DNA of 64,000 nt. It comes from Amoebidium appalachense (Eukaryota; Protista; Ichthyosporea). The stretch spans positions 14,727,615 to 14,791,614 of the forward strand of contig CAVNZM010000002.1 of assembly GCA_963693365.1 (NCBI GenBank). The letters are read 5' to 3'. The notes under the pieces are model-generated. The model saw only the letters and a list, made by a program, of their open reading frames with translations, was not told the origin of the DNA and ran no database searches. Position numbers and translations under genes: made by a program. Positions 1 through 29,500 of this stretch are shown here, piece after piece. Numbering within the stretch: the first letter of the stretch is position 1; every line of letters starts with the position of its first letter.

Positions 1-130
1 AAAAGACAAGTGAGAAAAGGTGGGGAATGGGTGACGGGCTATATGGTCAGGTAGAGGGAGGACAAAGAAGAGGCGATTCCGTGGAACAGAGCTCGAGTCG
101 ACAAGACGAGGACTGGGTGGGTGGGTGGGT

Positions 131-161
<31 letters not shown>

Positions 162-300
162 TGAGATTGAGAAAAAGAAAAGGGCACATACATGAAGATT
201 CGTGTGGCAAGCATCTCAGGAATCAGCACAACAACACACACGGTGCGAAAAAAGATACGAGATAACGGAAGAAGGGAAACACGACAGGTAATTCTTCCCC

Positions 301-351
<51 letters not shown>

Positions 352-681
352 AGAGCCCATCAACATAACCAAGAAGAAAAAGGACCACACAGGGACAACA
401 TGCAAAACGACGTGAGCAAACAGGAATACGAGCTAACTAGCATTTAGATACACTTGTTGAGCCCTCGACATATGGCAATCAAAGTACTGACTATTCGGTG
501 TGCAGTGAACACTTCACGTTCATTGTAGCAGCGCAGGCATACATGTTTCTTCTGACGCCTCTCTTCTGCACACAGACAGAATTCTATCTTTTTCTCGAGA
601 CCCCCCCCCCCCCACACACACACGCACACACAACCCCCCCCCCCTCCCCTTGCCTCCAAGACACACACAGGCACAAACACG

Positions 682-982
682 CACCGAGGTAGGTCTATAC
701 GAAGGAAGCCCTAGGTATAGGGAGATCGGATGATAACCGGCTAAAAAAATACAATAATTGATAATAATTTACGAAAATAAAAAACATAAACCCAATAACC
801 ATAACCCTATGTGTGTCTGGGCCCTAAATGGGGGGGCTGCCGCCCCCCAACCCCCCGCTAAATGGGCCTGACGGCCCCTTTATGTCGCTTGGGGATCGAA
901 TCGTTCTCCCCTGATTTTACGTCATCGGATCGTGTTTTGTCCAATCAGGTGCGCGGGGACTTCCGGCGTATGGACTTGGGTG
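682..982. mobile_element. MITE-like non-autonomous DNA element, family A, copy 1
   Basis: Near-identical to 5509-5742. Imperfect TIRs (CACC..GTAGGTCTATACGAAGGAAGCCC / GGGACTTCCGGCGTATGGACTTGGGTG) with CAC...GTG termini; flanked on both sides by ACACG (possible 5-bp TSD). Confidence 0.65.
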
Positions 983-1011
983 ACACGCACCTACACACCC
1001 ACACATGTGCG

Positions 1012-1061
<50 letters not shown>

Positions 1062-1219
1062 CACACATGCACACGCACACACACACCCATCTGCACAACC
1101 GTCCCCTTCACTAACACCCCCTTTCTCCACTTAGGTTTGAACAAAAGGGAGCGGCATGCATGTTATTCCAAACGCTCTGAGAAGCAAACACGGGTGCACT
1201 TGGAAGCAGGGGCACGTAC

Positions 1220-1559
1220 CGAGTCTTTGCACTTTTTGTGCACGTTCATCTTGCACTTTTGCTCCTGACATTGCATGCCCTGCACACCATAATCACAGTT
1301 AGAGCCAGCCATTAGTTAAAAGGGGGTGGGGAGTGGGGAGGAGGAGGGGAGGGGGGCAGGGGGGGGGGGGGAGGGGGAGGGGGGAGGGGGGGGGGGATGC
1401 AATATGATGGTATAAGCCACCATGAACCGGGAGAATATGGGGGTGGGTGGGTGGGTGGGGGGGGGGGGCGGGGGCTCCGATGCACTAAGACACGCAACAA
1501 GGTTGAAGTGGAGAGTGGGGAGAAAGAGGGGGGTGGGGGGCAGGGGTGGTTTTGGGGTG

Positions 1560-1611
<52 letters not shown>

Positions 1612-4600
1612 GGGGGCAAGATGGAAGGGGGCGAGCAGTTGAGAAGTTAATAACGACAGGCTGACATCGACAGCCAATCAAAAGAAAATAACGGCCCTGT
1701 GCATCCGCCAATCATTTCCATCCAAGCAACCCGTTGCATACTTTGCCACGACACGAAGCCTACCTTTGCCGAACGGGAGGGAGGGGAGGAATAGGGTTTG
1801 GGGGGGATTTGGGGATTTGGGGAGAAAAGGATATATGGAGCACACATGTGTTATGATACACGAGCGCATGATACTGATGTATAATACATAATCTAATACA
1901 CTAATACACGAGCACATGATACACACCTGGCGAACGGCGCCCCACAAGAGTGAGCCGCAGTGGTCGCAGAAGGTGGGGGTCATGTATGTGGATGTCTTGA
2001 AGTTGTGGGGCCGCTTGATCTCCAAGTTCTCCTTGAGCACTTTGACGCACTTGGACACAATGTCTGCATGGCACTTCTTGTGCACAACCACACCGCACTC
2101 GTTGCACATGTAGCCCTGCTTGCCCAGCCCCCTGCGCGCCCGAGGGCCTTTTTGTCAGAGAAGAATAGTCAACGGTACCGGTGTAGAAGGGCAAGAGAAC
2201 GAAGCAACGTTACAGATAACATGTCTCCCCCTCCCGCCTTCCCCATCCCCCCCCCCCCCCTCCCCCTGGGCAACCAAAACTCGACCGACATGTTTCTCCC
2301 CTTGTGTCCAGATAGTTTCACTAGGCACCATAAGACCCCTTCCCCTCCCCCCGCCCCCTAATGCCCCTCCATTACCTAGGCAGTATCCCAATAAACACTG
2401 TTCATCCCTCCTCTCTTCCTTGCCCCTCTTCCCCCCTCCCCTGCCCCTCAACACATGCCGCCCTTCTGCCTTCTTGAGACTAACATTGTTTGTTCTGTTC
2501 ACCATCAGCCAACACAAATTCAAGGTTGCTGCAAAATTACCAAAAAACCACTTGCCCAACCTTCTCCACAATCAGAAACAAAAGAAAGTTTGTCATTCCC
2601 CCCTCCCTCCCCCCCCCCCCCCCCCAAAAGCTCTTTTCCTCTATGGCGCAACCCTATCTTCTGACCTAGACCGTGCCCCAGCCCCCACCTCCCCCCCCCC
2701 TTCCCCCTCTCCCCCCAAACACACACACATACAACCCGTTTTGCCTCTCTCCCATTCCTTTCTAGAAATCAATTTGTTCTCTAAGAGATTGCCAGCTTCC
2801 CCTCAAAGCTTGAAGCAATGTCCATTTCGCTCCACACCTTCCCCCATCTTCCTTCACTTTCCACTAAGCCACTTCCCCCATCCCTTCTCCCTTCCCCCCC
2901 ACCAAACTACACACAAACACACACACACACATACCCGACCCCACTATTTCTTCCTAGTTCATACATGTTTATCCTTCTTGCTCACTGACATCGCTTCAGC
3001 CTCCCAACATCAAACACCACATCCACCCCAAGTTGCACACAAGTGCGCATCAGCACGTTCAATCACGTACCAAATAAAGTCACCGCAGTGTGAGCAGAAA
3101 GTGGGTTGCTTAAACTGGTGGGCCTGGAACTGATGTTCGTTGACCGGATGGATCTGCAATTACCCAGGCTTAGTTCACCAGTTGCCCATTTCACACCATA
3201 AGAGAACAAGCATGCTACATATGAAAAGCATCACCTTGCTCTTTCAAATTACATTGTTCGCCTGCCATTCTATTCTCGCTTGCCCCCCACCTTCTTTCCC
3301 CGTTATCCAGTAAAACTAGAAACCATTCATCACAAATGGTGTGGACTCTACTGTTTTGTCCTTCCAACGGAATTTCGGCACTCACATAACAGTGATAATC
3401 GATGATCCCGATCCCAATCTTGTGCAAGAAACAGAGGGGAGGGGGGAGAGGGGGAGGGGAGGGGGGGGGGGGGAGGTAGATATGCATCCCCGAGCAGTAG
3501 GAATAATCGGAGCTAATAAGAACATAGAAACCCCGAGGGAACGGGGAGTGGAGGGAGAGATATTAGCTGAACAGGCATTGATCCCTGGGAAAGTGCACAC
3601 CAAATGGCCGGAAAGACAGAAGATGTGTAGAAGATGGAATAAACTCGAACCAGCCACACAGGGATACCGAACAAGATGCAGAGCTCGGATGGAGGGGGAC
3701 GAGGGGGGGGAGGGGGGAGGGGGGAGGGAGGGGGATATCAACCTTGTTCTTACGAACAGCACCGCGCACCGCCTCGGATGGAGGGGGAAAAGGGGGGGGG
3801 GGAGGGGGAGGGGGGAGGGAGGGGGGATATCAACCTTGTTCTTACGAACCGCACCACGGCGGTGCGCGAAATGAGCCTCCTGACCTGGTGCGGGGCCCTG
3901 CTGGGCAGACCGCACCGACGCTGGACAAAAGACAAGTTATTTCGAGAACGACCAAGCGGCCATGAACGCAAAAAAGGTTAAACACAAACAAGAATACATA
4001 CATCAAGCATCAACTGCTATATCAAGCACCACCCTACCGCTTTTGCAACTAACCAGACCGTAAAATTATACGGAGAAATAGAAATAAACACAACCCTGCA
4101 GATCAAAATTAGGTTGATGGCAGTCATGGGGACTGGAACGGTAGTGAACAGGGCAACGCCAACCAGGCAAACACAACAGCTTTACTTCCTATACCTCTAA
4201 GTACACAACGACAATTGACAGTTTCGGGCCTATACCACAGAAAAAGGAACCGAACATAGTTGCTTTCAAGTTGTCAACCTCAACTTCACCCATTTACGTG
4301 ATGCAAAAGAGTTGAGATACCAGCTCTTTTTTTTATCTTACTGATCACTCTTAAATCTTATCACACCCAAGATAAGCGAACATCAGGAGGAATTGTGACA
4401 CTTAACCTCATAAAAACCATTGTTACTCATTAACATAGTCTGCTTCCCTAGACTCCAGTTAATTATCTCAGCATTTCTTGACACCAAAGCCATCATCATA
4501 AAGAGTGGGTGGATGCCCATGAAGAGGGGTGGGAGAATTGAACGGTTAGGTGAAACCGAGGCAGCCTGCTGTTTGGTAAAGTTCAAACCTATATTACTAC

Positions 4601-4739
4601 TGTACATATTAGGGCCTAACTAGAAAGGAGAAAGGCGAAAACAACCGATGTGCTTTCACAGACTTGACCGTTCCATGTTTGAGCCCAAACATCTCCTGGG
4701 ACCTCTGAAATACTTACTTGGAGAGTTTGGATTCGGCAT
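1220..4739 (-). CDS. PKC: Protein kinase C, N-terminal regulatory region (pseudosubstrate + C1A + most of C1B); gene apparently continues toward or beyond the left window edge
   Basis: GT-AG exons 4739-4718, 3920-3835, 3153-3071, 2131-1927 and 1279-1220 join in phase. They give MPNPNSPTSVRSAQQ...[61 protein letters not shown]...[47 protein letters not shown], i.e. a pseudosubstrate followed by tandem C1 domains as in PKC. No kinase domain was found in the window. The first exon is inferred from ATG + GTAAGT + matching phase. Confidence 0.9.
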
Positions 4740-5508
4740 GATGGACCGAGGGCTGCCTCCCTTACAGACACCACCAGGAAGGAAAAGGAAAAACTAGGCT
4801 ATACGAAACAAACAGCTATAACCGTGGTGCTTCAATAAGGTTCATCCAGTTTTCCTACGTCCTACACAGCATATATTCAGGCGTAACTGTGAGAAGTACG
4901 CGTGCACTTGCTGAGGCCGCTCTCACAGCTCAGTCCCAGCCCGGAATGAACTTCGTGACAAAAAATAAAACGAAGGTCAGTAAATTGCAAATTCTTTTGG
5001 CTGACCCCAGATTAAGCAATAAATTGAACCTAAAACCGGACAGCCAATACTTTTTGTCAGATTATATGGGCAGATCTGGCCGAATTTGAATTCATGCAAA
5101 ATTTTGCTCATGAAATGTTGAGCCCCCTCTGGCATACCACAGAAATTCCTTTGTTCTGTCAACTTTTTCTGATTGGCCAACAGGGATATTGCAGATTACA
5201 AAACGGAACATGGACGGGGATAAATGCAAGTTTCTAAAGCGAAGGCGGAATAAAGCATCAGAAAACCCCTTGAACAGCGAAATAACTGTTGAAAAAACTG
5301 CTTTTTTTGGTCCTCCCGCCTCAGGGATAAGAAGTCCTGTGATAACGTGCACGTGTTTTATGATGCCGATTGGTACCTGAGAGCCGATGGCCAAATATCG
5401 AAATTTGGAACGCATGATATGAACCCAATTAGTACACACCACGGGTTTATTTTGAGCAGGCAAGTTGGGCAACTCAAATTTTTTTATCCGGATCGGGACG
5501 GGAGATTA

Positions 5509-5742
5509 CACCCAAGTAGGTCTATACGAAGGAAGCCCTAGGTATAGGGAGATCGGATGATAACCGGAATAATTTACAAAAATAAGAAACATAAACCCAA
5601 TAACCATAACCCTATGTGTGTCTGGGCCTGACGGCCCCTTTATGTCGCTTGGGGATCGAATCGTTCTCCCCTGATTTTACGTCATCGGATCGTGTTTTGT
5701 CCAATCAGGTGCGCGGGGACTTCCGGCGTATGGACTTGGGTG
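5509..5742. mobile_element. MITE-like element family A, copy 2 (internally deleted), in the PKC/XYLB divergent intergenic region
   Basis: Same sequence as 682-982 minus two internal segments; termini CACCCAAGT...ACTTGGGTG form a perfect 9-bp inverted repeat; no clear TSD. Confidence 0.65.
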
Positions 5743-6068
5743 GAGGCCTTGTGTTCCAACTTGGCTCTACAGCCCCTACTCTAACACGTACTGACGTGTT
5801 GCCGCACGTGCGACGTTTTACATCTACTCAGGTAGTCCCTTTTAAGCAAAAAAAAAAAAAGAAAAAAAAAAAGAAAGGAGACACCGCCTCAGTATGTGGT
5901 AGGCCTTTACTGTACCGCCTGGCTTTTGTAGCTGTGTCCCTTTCAGACGTTGATCCTGATGTTTACTTCGGCTTAGAGCATCATATCATCTTCAAGCCTT
6001 CTAACAAAAAGCATTTGGGCTGTCTCCAACCTCTTAGGTTAACTGTAAAGGAAAGCTGCGCAGCGGCC

Positions 6069-21875
<15,807 letters not shown>

Positions 21876-21929
21876 TAGCATCTGCAGCTGTATGTGACTG
21901 TTTACCATGAAGGGGGGAGGGGGAGGGGG

Positions 21930-21964
<35 letters not shown>

Positions 21965-22066
21965 TTGATGTGTGATGTGTTAGTAGCAGCAAAAGACAAA
22001 GGATTCTGAATCATACATGACCATGTCACCGTGGCAAAAGCATCTATGCCTTCCCCCCGTGCACCA

Positions 22067-22103
<37 letters not shown>

Positions 22104-22964
22104 CCCCCCTCCCACCACCACCACCACGGTGGCCGGATATCACACCATCACCAAAGCACACACACCGTGAGGCGAGCACACACACACGGCGCCACCGGCC
22201 GCGGCCCCCGTCCCTCCCCCCTCCCCCCGCTTCACACACACACAAAAAAAAGAACTTCTAGTTTAGTTAGGGCGGCCCTTAAGAAAGAAAGATTGAAAAG
22301 AAAAACGAATCCATCAATGGCATTGGCAAGCCGGGCCGTTATGTTTCATGAATTCAACAAGTGTCGAGTCAGAGCTCAGATCATGCATTCAATATGCCTA
22401 AACGTAGGGCCTATAATAGCTACAGTAACTTTTTCCAATGGCATTAATTAATGCAAGCAAAATTTCATAGGTGATTGACCTGGCTTGACTAGAGTGCAAC
22501 GGCGTACCACAGTGGACAGTGTGTGGGTGAACGTGACGAATGTTCATCATACCGAATATCAGACTCAAGTTGAGGTGTACACTGTTTGCCTGCCTGTGTG
22601 TGTGTTTGAAAATACATAGCATTACATTTTGTCTGAGCCTGAGTGAAATTTTGTTGGTGAACCTGCAGCTGAGTCACTCCTGTGTGCATGATATCAGTAC
22701 TGAAGTTCGAGTGTCACTGACTCAGTTCAACGGTTGACGGTGTGTACCGCGGCGCTGTGCACACAGGGACCCATTCAGAAGTTCAGTAGTGTTACGGTAC
22801 GGAGTCCCGTCACCCGGGGTCTGTGTCCAGTTCTCTCTCTGGCTCTCTCTCTCTAGCTCTCTCTAGATCTCTCCCTCTCTCCCTCTTTGTATCTCTATCT
22901 CTCGAGCTCTCTCGATCTCTCTAATTAGATCTCTCTCTCCTCTCTCTCTGTGTGTGTGCTATAT

Positions 22965-22998
<34 letters not shown>

Positions 22999-23055
22999 CT
23001 ATCTGTTGTAGATCTCTCTCTCTCTAGATCTCTCACTCACTCTCTCTCTCTCTCT

Positions 23056-23818
23056 TGTTGGACATTGTGTTCATAGAAGCTAGTTCTAGTGCACGTTGTT
23101 CCTTCTGTAAGTCAGAAATGATTGCATCTTGTGAGGCCAACCTCTGCTCCAGTAGTTGGACTAGTTGCTGCAACTGTAAGTTGTCAGACATAGTGTCGTG
23201 TATGATGGGTAACTAGTCTATGTGTTTTGTGCACTGAAAACGACAGTAGAAAAGTGTAAATCAAACGTTCTGCTTCCCATGTTTGTGACATGGGAGGCAC
23301 TGCTTTATATAGTCGTTGGCCACCTCATGGTGGCCTCGTGTGCACCCTGGTGGTGGGCCATGTACAGCATGGCCGAAAAGAGAGCACAATGAAAACATGT
23401 CGTTAAAGATATAAAAGTTAACTGTGCACGTTGAGTGGCTAGTTAACTTGCACTGAAGCACACAAATAAACGTGTTTAACACACCAATTGCAGTTAAACG
23501 TAAATCTTACTTCACACAACTAAAAATATTCTGAGAATATCCGGGAATAAAGCACACTACCACTCTAAGAATAGAATCCTGTGGCAAATATAGACATGAC
23601 ATCATCTGAACCGGGAATATTAATTAATGAGCACAATTAGCACGTTGCTAGTGAAGCTCGTCATTGGTACAGTTTTGGCTCAAACATATAACTACCATAT
23701 ATGAATATGACCGTAAACAAAAGCTCTATGCACTCGAGTGAGTGTTGAAACAATTATTCAATTGCTCAGAAACTTTCTCTAACAGACATTGCTAGCCGGG
23801 AGTACCAGTGTACTCCAA

Positions 23819-23820
<2 letters not shown>
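23056..23820 (-). mobile_element. Solo LTR of the Ty1/copia element at 30306-36181
   Basis: 765 bp, TGTTGGA...TCCAACA termini, only about 2 differences seen from the 30306-31070 LTR; TCTCT on both sides; inserted in a (TC)n tract. Confidence 0.95.
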
Positions 23821-23904
<84 letters not shown>

Positions 23905-23945
23905 AGATCTCTTACTCTCACTCTCTCTCTCTATGCATATGCTGT

Positions 23946-24096
<151 letters not shown>

Positions 24097-24441
24097 TCTC
24101 TCCCCTCTCCGTCGCTCCTCTCAGGCAAAGGAGCAAAGGCTCTTATCCCTCGCGTAATACTATGCTCGTACAGGCTTACCTATGTGTGTGTGTGGGTGTG
24201 GGTGTGGGTGTGTGTGTGTATTGCATAGTGTGGTTGTTTCTATTCGTGTATGATACAAAGGTGCTCTGGAAGAGAACACCACGGCCATGCGAATTCCCGG
24301 GCTGCTAGTTCCTGCGCAAGCTTGTGACATACGTGCTTGGCATGTTGTAGCCTACGATAGGGATCCGTGAGCAAGTGCGTACAATGCTGCCGTATACTGA
24401 GTCGTTGTAAAAACAGCGTGATCGTAACCCGCGGGTTGGAG

Positions 24442-24500
<59 letters not shown>

Positions 24501-25355
24501 TATGTTATGAGCGATCCGATGATCACTGTGAGGACGGATAAAACCAGCAGTAACAATTCCAGCATTCCAAAATGGATAAATTTATACTTTGGTATGAGGT
24601 GGACTGTGACGGTATGTCCATATGGCATGAATAAACGTTCCTTTCCATTTATTCGAAAGGCGAAAGCATAACAAGTTAACGTTCGGATTAGCTGTTAGCC
24701 CAGCTGTCAGTGAGGCCCTTTATTTCTTTTTCAACCGTGTAGCATATTGGGTTCTGAATGATTCGGTGGGTGTTTTTTTTATTTTTTATGCAGCATGCGC
24801 GTGACTGTATCAACTTAGAGTGGCCACTGGCCACACGGTGGGCTCATGATCCGAAAAAAGTTTCAAGTTGTGTTTGCCCACGCGTACGCAGTAGCGGCCT
24901 GAGCCTCGGAATCTGTTAAAAAAATGGGGCTCAAATTGAATGGAGGCATAGGAGATTTAGACACACCGTGCAAATGTACATTCAATGTAGAATACTCAAA
25001 GTGTCAGTGGCGGTTCATATTATATACGTGCACTGTAGCCGCTGTAGTGAGGCTTTGAGGGCCATATCATTCGTGGAGGCCGCTAGCGCTGATGGCAAGG
25101 CTTGCAACGGGCCTCACGCTGGTCACTGAGTGACTGGCAGGTTGGGAGATTCTGGTTTATTTGCTACAATTGCGCCGCTTTTTCCGTGGACCCCCTAACA
25201 TCCAGACTCGCTTGGCAGGCAAACTGAAACTCTGACAACTACAAAAAGCCCGGTGCACCGAGATAAAATCACGTTACGAGTCGCTGCCAGGCTGTGAGAC
25301 TGAGTGTAGGTTGTAGTTGTGCCACTCAGGTCAAGCGCGAACGCCAAACAGCAAC

Positions 25356-27960
25356 ATGGGAGTACACCCCATCCCTTTGGAGCTGACAGCGCTGCTGGCT
25401 ACCGCGGCGCTCTCCGCCGGCGGTGAGTCAACAGTGTCGTGCCAGGAGCTGTGCCAGTCAGTGTCGAATCACGTGCAGTCCTCTGAGCCCTGTGCGAGCT
25501 AAAGGCAGTGAAAAGGCCTTTATACACAGCCTCTCAGGCTGCATCAGCCGGTGCGTCAGAGACGAGAACTACTGTGTGCAGCTGTGTGGCGCCACCTACG
25601 ATCAGCTGCTGAGCAGGGGCCGGCCGAAGCGCATTCTGCAGCCGATGCACACTCGGTGTGTGGCTGACACCTGCGGGGCTAGCGACAACGATGGCGAGTA
25701 AGACGAGGACACAGACGCCATCGAGGGGACCACAGGCTTTAAGCCGCAAGCAAAGTTTCTTCCGCTGGTTGTCGGTGCTGGACTCGGAATCGATGCCATG
25801 TTGGGGCTTGGGGGAGCCGCCGTTCTTGAGGGGTGGCGACGGGAGCAGCGGCTGGCGCGTATAGTGGGCGTGACACAGTAGACATCAGCGGGCCGCCAAG
25901 CGTACACTCGGCCGACACCAGCGTCTTCGATGTGATTGGTTATGAGTTCCCATCACCGGAACATCCAGCCGGCAGCATAAACATTGATGCGATCACCCCC
26001 AACGGATTCGGAGATAATTCCAGCGGCGGATCCCAAAGTTCGGGAGTAAATGGCGGGAACCAAGGCGGAGTGCCTGCCAGCACTAGTTGTCGTATCCTAA
26101 CGTGTATGTATTAGAGACGCGGCACTCTACTAAGTGTACACACACGGAAAGGAACGAACGTGTAACTGAAAACGGTAAAGTTTATTCAGACCAGGCTCCG
26201 ACGGGCAAACTTAGATCCGAACGGAATGAGGCTAAGTCACAACTGAGGCCATCAAGGCCGTGCCCTCAAAGATCATCATCACCTGGCCCCCCTACGATGC
26301 CACATTCCATACATTCCGATCTTACTTTATCGTGCGCCTGCACGAGCTAAGTCGATCGGCTCACACTAATATAAATATCCAAGTCTCACCCCTCACCCTT
26401 CCCCTAGTGGCACCGCAGAGTCTAAATCTACATTTCATACTATCCCCTCCCCCCCCTCCCTCCCCCCTTTCCTCTACATCGAAATATAGAAATACGTTTG
26501 GCAACATACACTATCAAAACTTGCCAATATTTACAAAGGGCTTCTGCCCGAACTTATCACATTCCAAAGTCCTCCTACGATCTATCCTACACACTAATTA
26601 GAATTCTATAATTGGTCGGCTGCTCCAGCTGACGTGGTCCTGCCCTGCGCCGGCAGAGGCAAGATGCACGCAGCTGTACAGCTATCTTGAGGCCCCGGAC
26701 TTGATCTTGATGATCAGTGTCCTCCACCGCGGTGGCGAAGTTCAAGGCCCAGAGGGGCATTTTCCGCAGCGACCTAATAAACAACGAATGGAAGAAGGCC
26801 ACCCCCCCCCCCCCCCCCCCCCCCCCGATCTCGATCGTAGTAGACTTAGGCTGATCTGCTGAGACGGATTAGTATATGTCACTAGTCAGGGGTCTGAGGG
26901 GGCAGAGAACCAGCCCGTTCCGGTGGCCAATATTAACGTTCAACCAGTGGCTGGTGCGGGAGGTGAATCAGATGGTTCATCGCAAGACAGTGGAGACAGT
27001 GGTCAGGGCAACTCCGAATCGAGTGAGCCCTTAGAAGAGAGGGACAACGGAAATGTGAACAACCGTGGCGACGACAATCTTCAAGACAGTTCCGAAGGGA
27101 ATATAGCCAACCCGGTCGACGGGGGTGACCCAGACTACGATGACTGGAACGATGCCGCGATTATGAATGGCCGAGGCGACGACAATTCCCGCAATGACGA
27201 AGGGTATGTTCCGGGCCGTGGACCCCAAACAGAGAACCAGCCCAACAACAATAACGTTCAACCCGGCTCGGGATTCGGCTTGGAAGGCAGTGGTCAGGGC
27301 AACTCCGAGAACAGGGAGCTGACAGAAGAAAGGGACAACGGAAATGTGAACAACCGTGGCGACGACAATCAGGCTGACAACTCCGAAGGGAATGCCGCCA
27401 ACGCCTGGGGTGACCCAGGCAATTCCCGCAACGCCGAAGGATATGTTCCGCGCCCCGGATCCTCCTCAGGAAACCAGCAGCTGCACACCTCGGGAGGGGC
27501 AAGCTCTTCGCAAGTAAGCGGTAGTCAGGGAGTGAGCTGACAGAAGAGTGGGACAATCAATGGAAATGTGAACAACCGTGGCGACGACAATAATTCTGAC
27601 AGCTCCGAATCCCATGACGCCCCCAAGGCACGCGGATTCAAAAGTTACGGACGCAAAGTGTCGTAGAGGCCAAAGGGCGGCCGTGGCCAGCAGCAAACAC
27701 CAGCGTCCGGCTGATGATCGCCCAGGCCCCCAGTACAACTATGGCGGGCATCAGGAAAAGGCCAGTTTCGAGCGTGCCCATACATACCCATACACCAAAT
27801 CTGAAGGTTACCGTAACCGTGCAGGGCCACTATTCGGGCAGTGCAAGACGCAAGGCGCACCAGGCCAAGTTTTTGGGTGGGCTTGGACGGGAATGGGGGG
27901 CTCGTGAGGGCAAACATTGGCTCAATGATGACGACCGTGTTTGATGAATTTGAGGCATCA
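25356..27960 (+). pseudogene. Decayed gene for a putatively secreted protein: Cys-rich N-terminus plus N/D/G/S-rich internal repeats
   Basis: Signal-peptide-like MGVHPIPLELTALLATAALSAG, then CxxxC repeats (CQELC, CISRC, CVQLC, CVADTC) broken by frameshifts and stops. ORF 26923-27540 has repeats of SGQGNSE...EERDNGNVNNRGDDN, with a third frameshifted unit near 27523-27610. Linking the two parts into one gene, and the end coordinate, are inferences. Confidence 0.4.
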
Positions 27961-28428
27961 GTGCCATGCCAAGTTTGCCACATTGTCAAGGTGCTTTTAT
28001 ACACTTTTGGCCGTTCTCAATCAGTAATTGGCACCCAAATTGATATTAGCAAATCCCGGAAAAGCCTCACACTACACTTTGTTTCAACCGCCCAAACTGG
28101 CTTAGGTTGAGACACGTTTTTGTGCAGCAACGTTAGTAGTACCGTGAACTTGGCAGATAGACTCGTGTAGTGATGTTACTGGTCCCAGATTTTCTGTTTT
28201 CCAACGGGCTCGGTCTGTATTGAATTTCGCAGGAATTTACAGTTTAGTGTGTGCACGTGCTCCTATACAGATATCACCCATATCTCATATCAGATATCAC
28301 GATATATGTACACAGATATCACCATATTCATATCCTCTTATGCCATATCCTGGGGGTGCGGAACCGTGTGTATATAACGTCACACAGAATGTGACGTCAT
28401 ATCCACGGGGTGCCGCGCCCCTCAATGG

Positions 28429-28560
28429 AGTGCTCACCGGTACCCCCAACATGGACCCACACAGCACCTACACCGCCATGCTGGGCAGATACTCGGCGGC
28501 AATGGAATCGGCACTGCCACCAACCAACCAATAGCATGTGCAGCTGTATGTGACTGTTTT
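28429..28560 (+). pseudogene. Diverged duplicate of the 3' part of the XYLB terminal exon plus adjacent 3' UTR
   Basis: Aligns to 21776-21903: VLTGTPNMDPHSTYTAMLGRYSAAMESALPPTNQ* versus VLTVTPNMAAHTTYTAMLGRYSAMESALPPTN*, and similarity continues into the UTR (cagctgtatgtgactgttt). Confidence 0.85.
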
Positions 28561-28869
28561 TTGATTTTGAACCTTTTTATTGCAGGTCTTATTCGGTACC
28601 GTTGAATAGTGGTAGGTACCAGCCCCACAGGGCCTACATACCCACGTTCTAAACTGAGCCCGTTTGTTTGACAGACATGGCAGAACGATCCGGGTCTCTA
28701 AACAGCACGATAATATACATAGTGTACATGCAGCAGCCCCACCCTGTAACATTCAGCAGCAGCCCCCAGAGTTACAGGGCAAGTTAAGGGGGTCATGGAT
28801 ACAGAAAGACTGTTTGTTTGGTTCGGTATTGGGTAATGCATGTGTTGGTGTGGCCAGGGGTTGTTGGTT

Positions 28870-29500
28870 TTGACCTGGCGATGGCACATGCGTGTGGTCG
28901 GTTGGTTGCTTGTTGGTGATGACCGGGTTGAGCATACGATCGGGTGTAGTCAGGGTAGTGTTAGGTGCTGACCAGGGTGGCGTATGTGTGGGTGAGTTCG
29001 GTAAGTTGCTAGGTAGCTTCAAAGAGCGCATGTGAAGGTGTTGTCGGGCCCTCCCCCGACTTGGAGGGCTCCTTGAGGCTCACATGCGGTTTGTGGGTTG
29101 CATGGTGTCGGACAGGGTTGAACACACGATGGTGTGGTCAGGAAGTTGCTGGGTGCTGGCCAGGTAACGTGTGGGTTAGTGTGGTCCGTGGGTTGCTTGG
29201 TGATGGCAATGCCGGGTTGTGCATGCGTGCTGTGGTCATGGAGTGGTTGGTTTAGACCGGAGGATGCATGCGTTAGCGTGGTTGGTGGGGTTCTTGGTGG
29301 TGACCTAATGGTGCATGTGAAAGTAGGGTCGGGAGTTGGTTGGTGTTGACCGAGTGGTGGCACATACGATGGTGTGGTCTGTTTAGTCTGTTGACTGTTT
29401 TTGTGTTGACCGCGGTTGAACATCCGGTGGTGTGGTCGGGAGGTTGCTGGGTGTTGACCAGGGTGGCGTATGTGTTGGTGTGGTCGGTGGGCTGGTTGGT
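28870..29500 (-). repeat. Degenerate internal repeats, possibly the remnant of a Pro/Thr/Gln/His-rich coding sequence
   Basis: Recurring ggttga(a/g)ca...gtgt(g/a)gtc...gtg(c/t)tg(a/g)ccagg blocks near 28927, 29116 and 29414; no intact long ORF. Confidence 0.4.

Noticed and set aside
543-565. Possible further PKC exon (EERRQKKH between AG and GTATGC)
   Set aside because: Phase does not follow the 1220 exon directly, and the last Cys of C1B is not accounted for.
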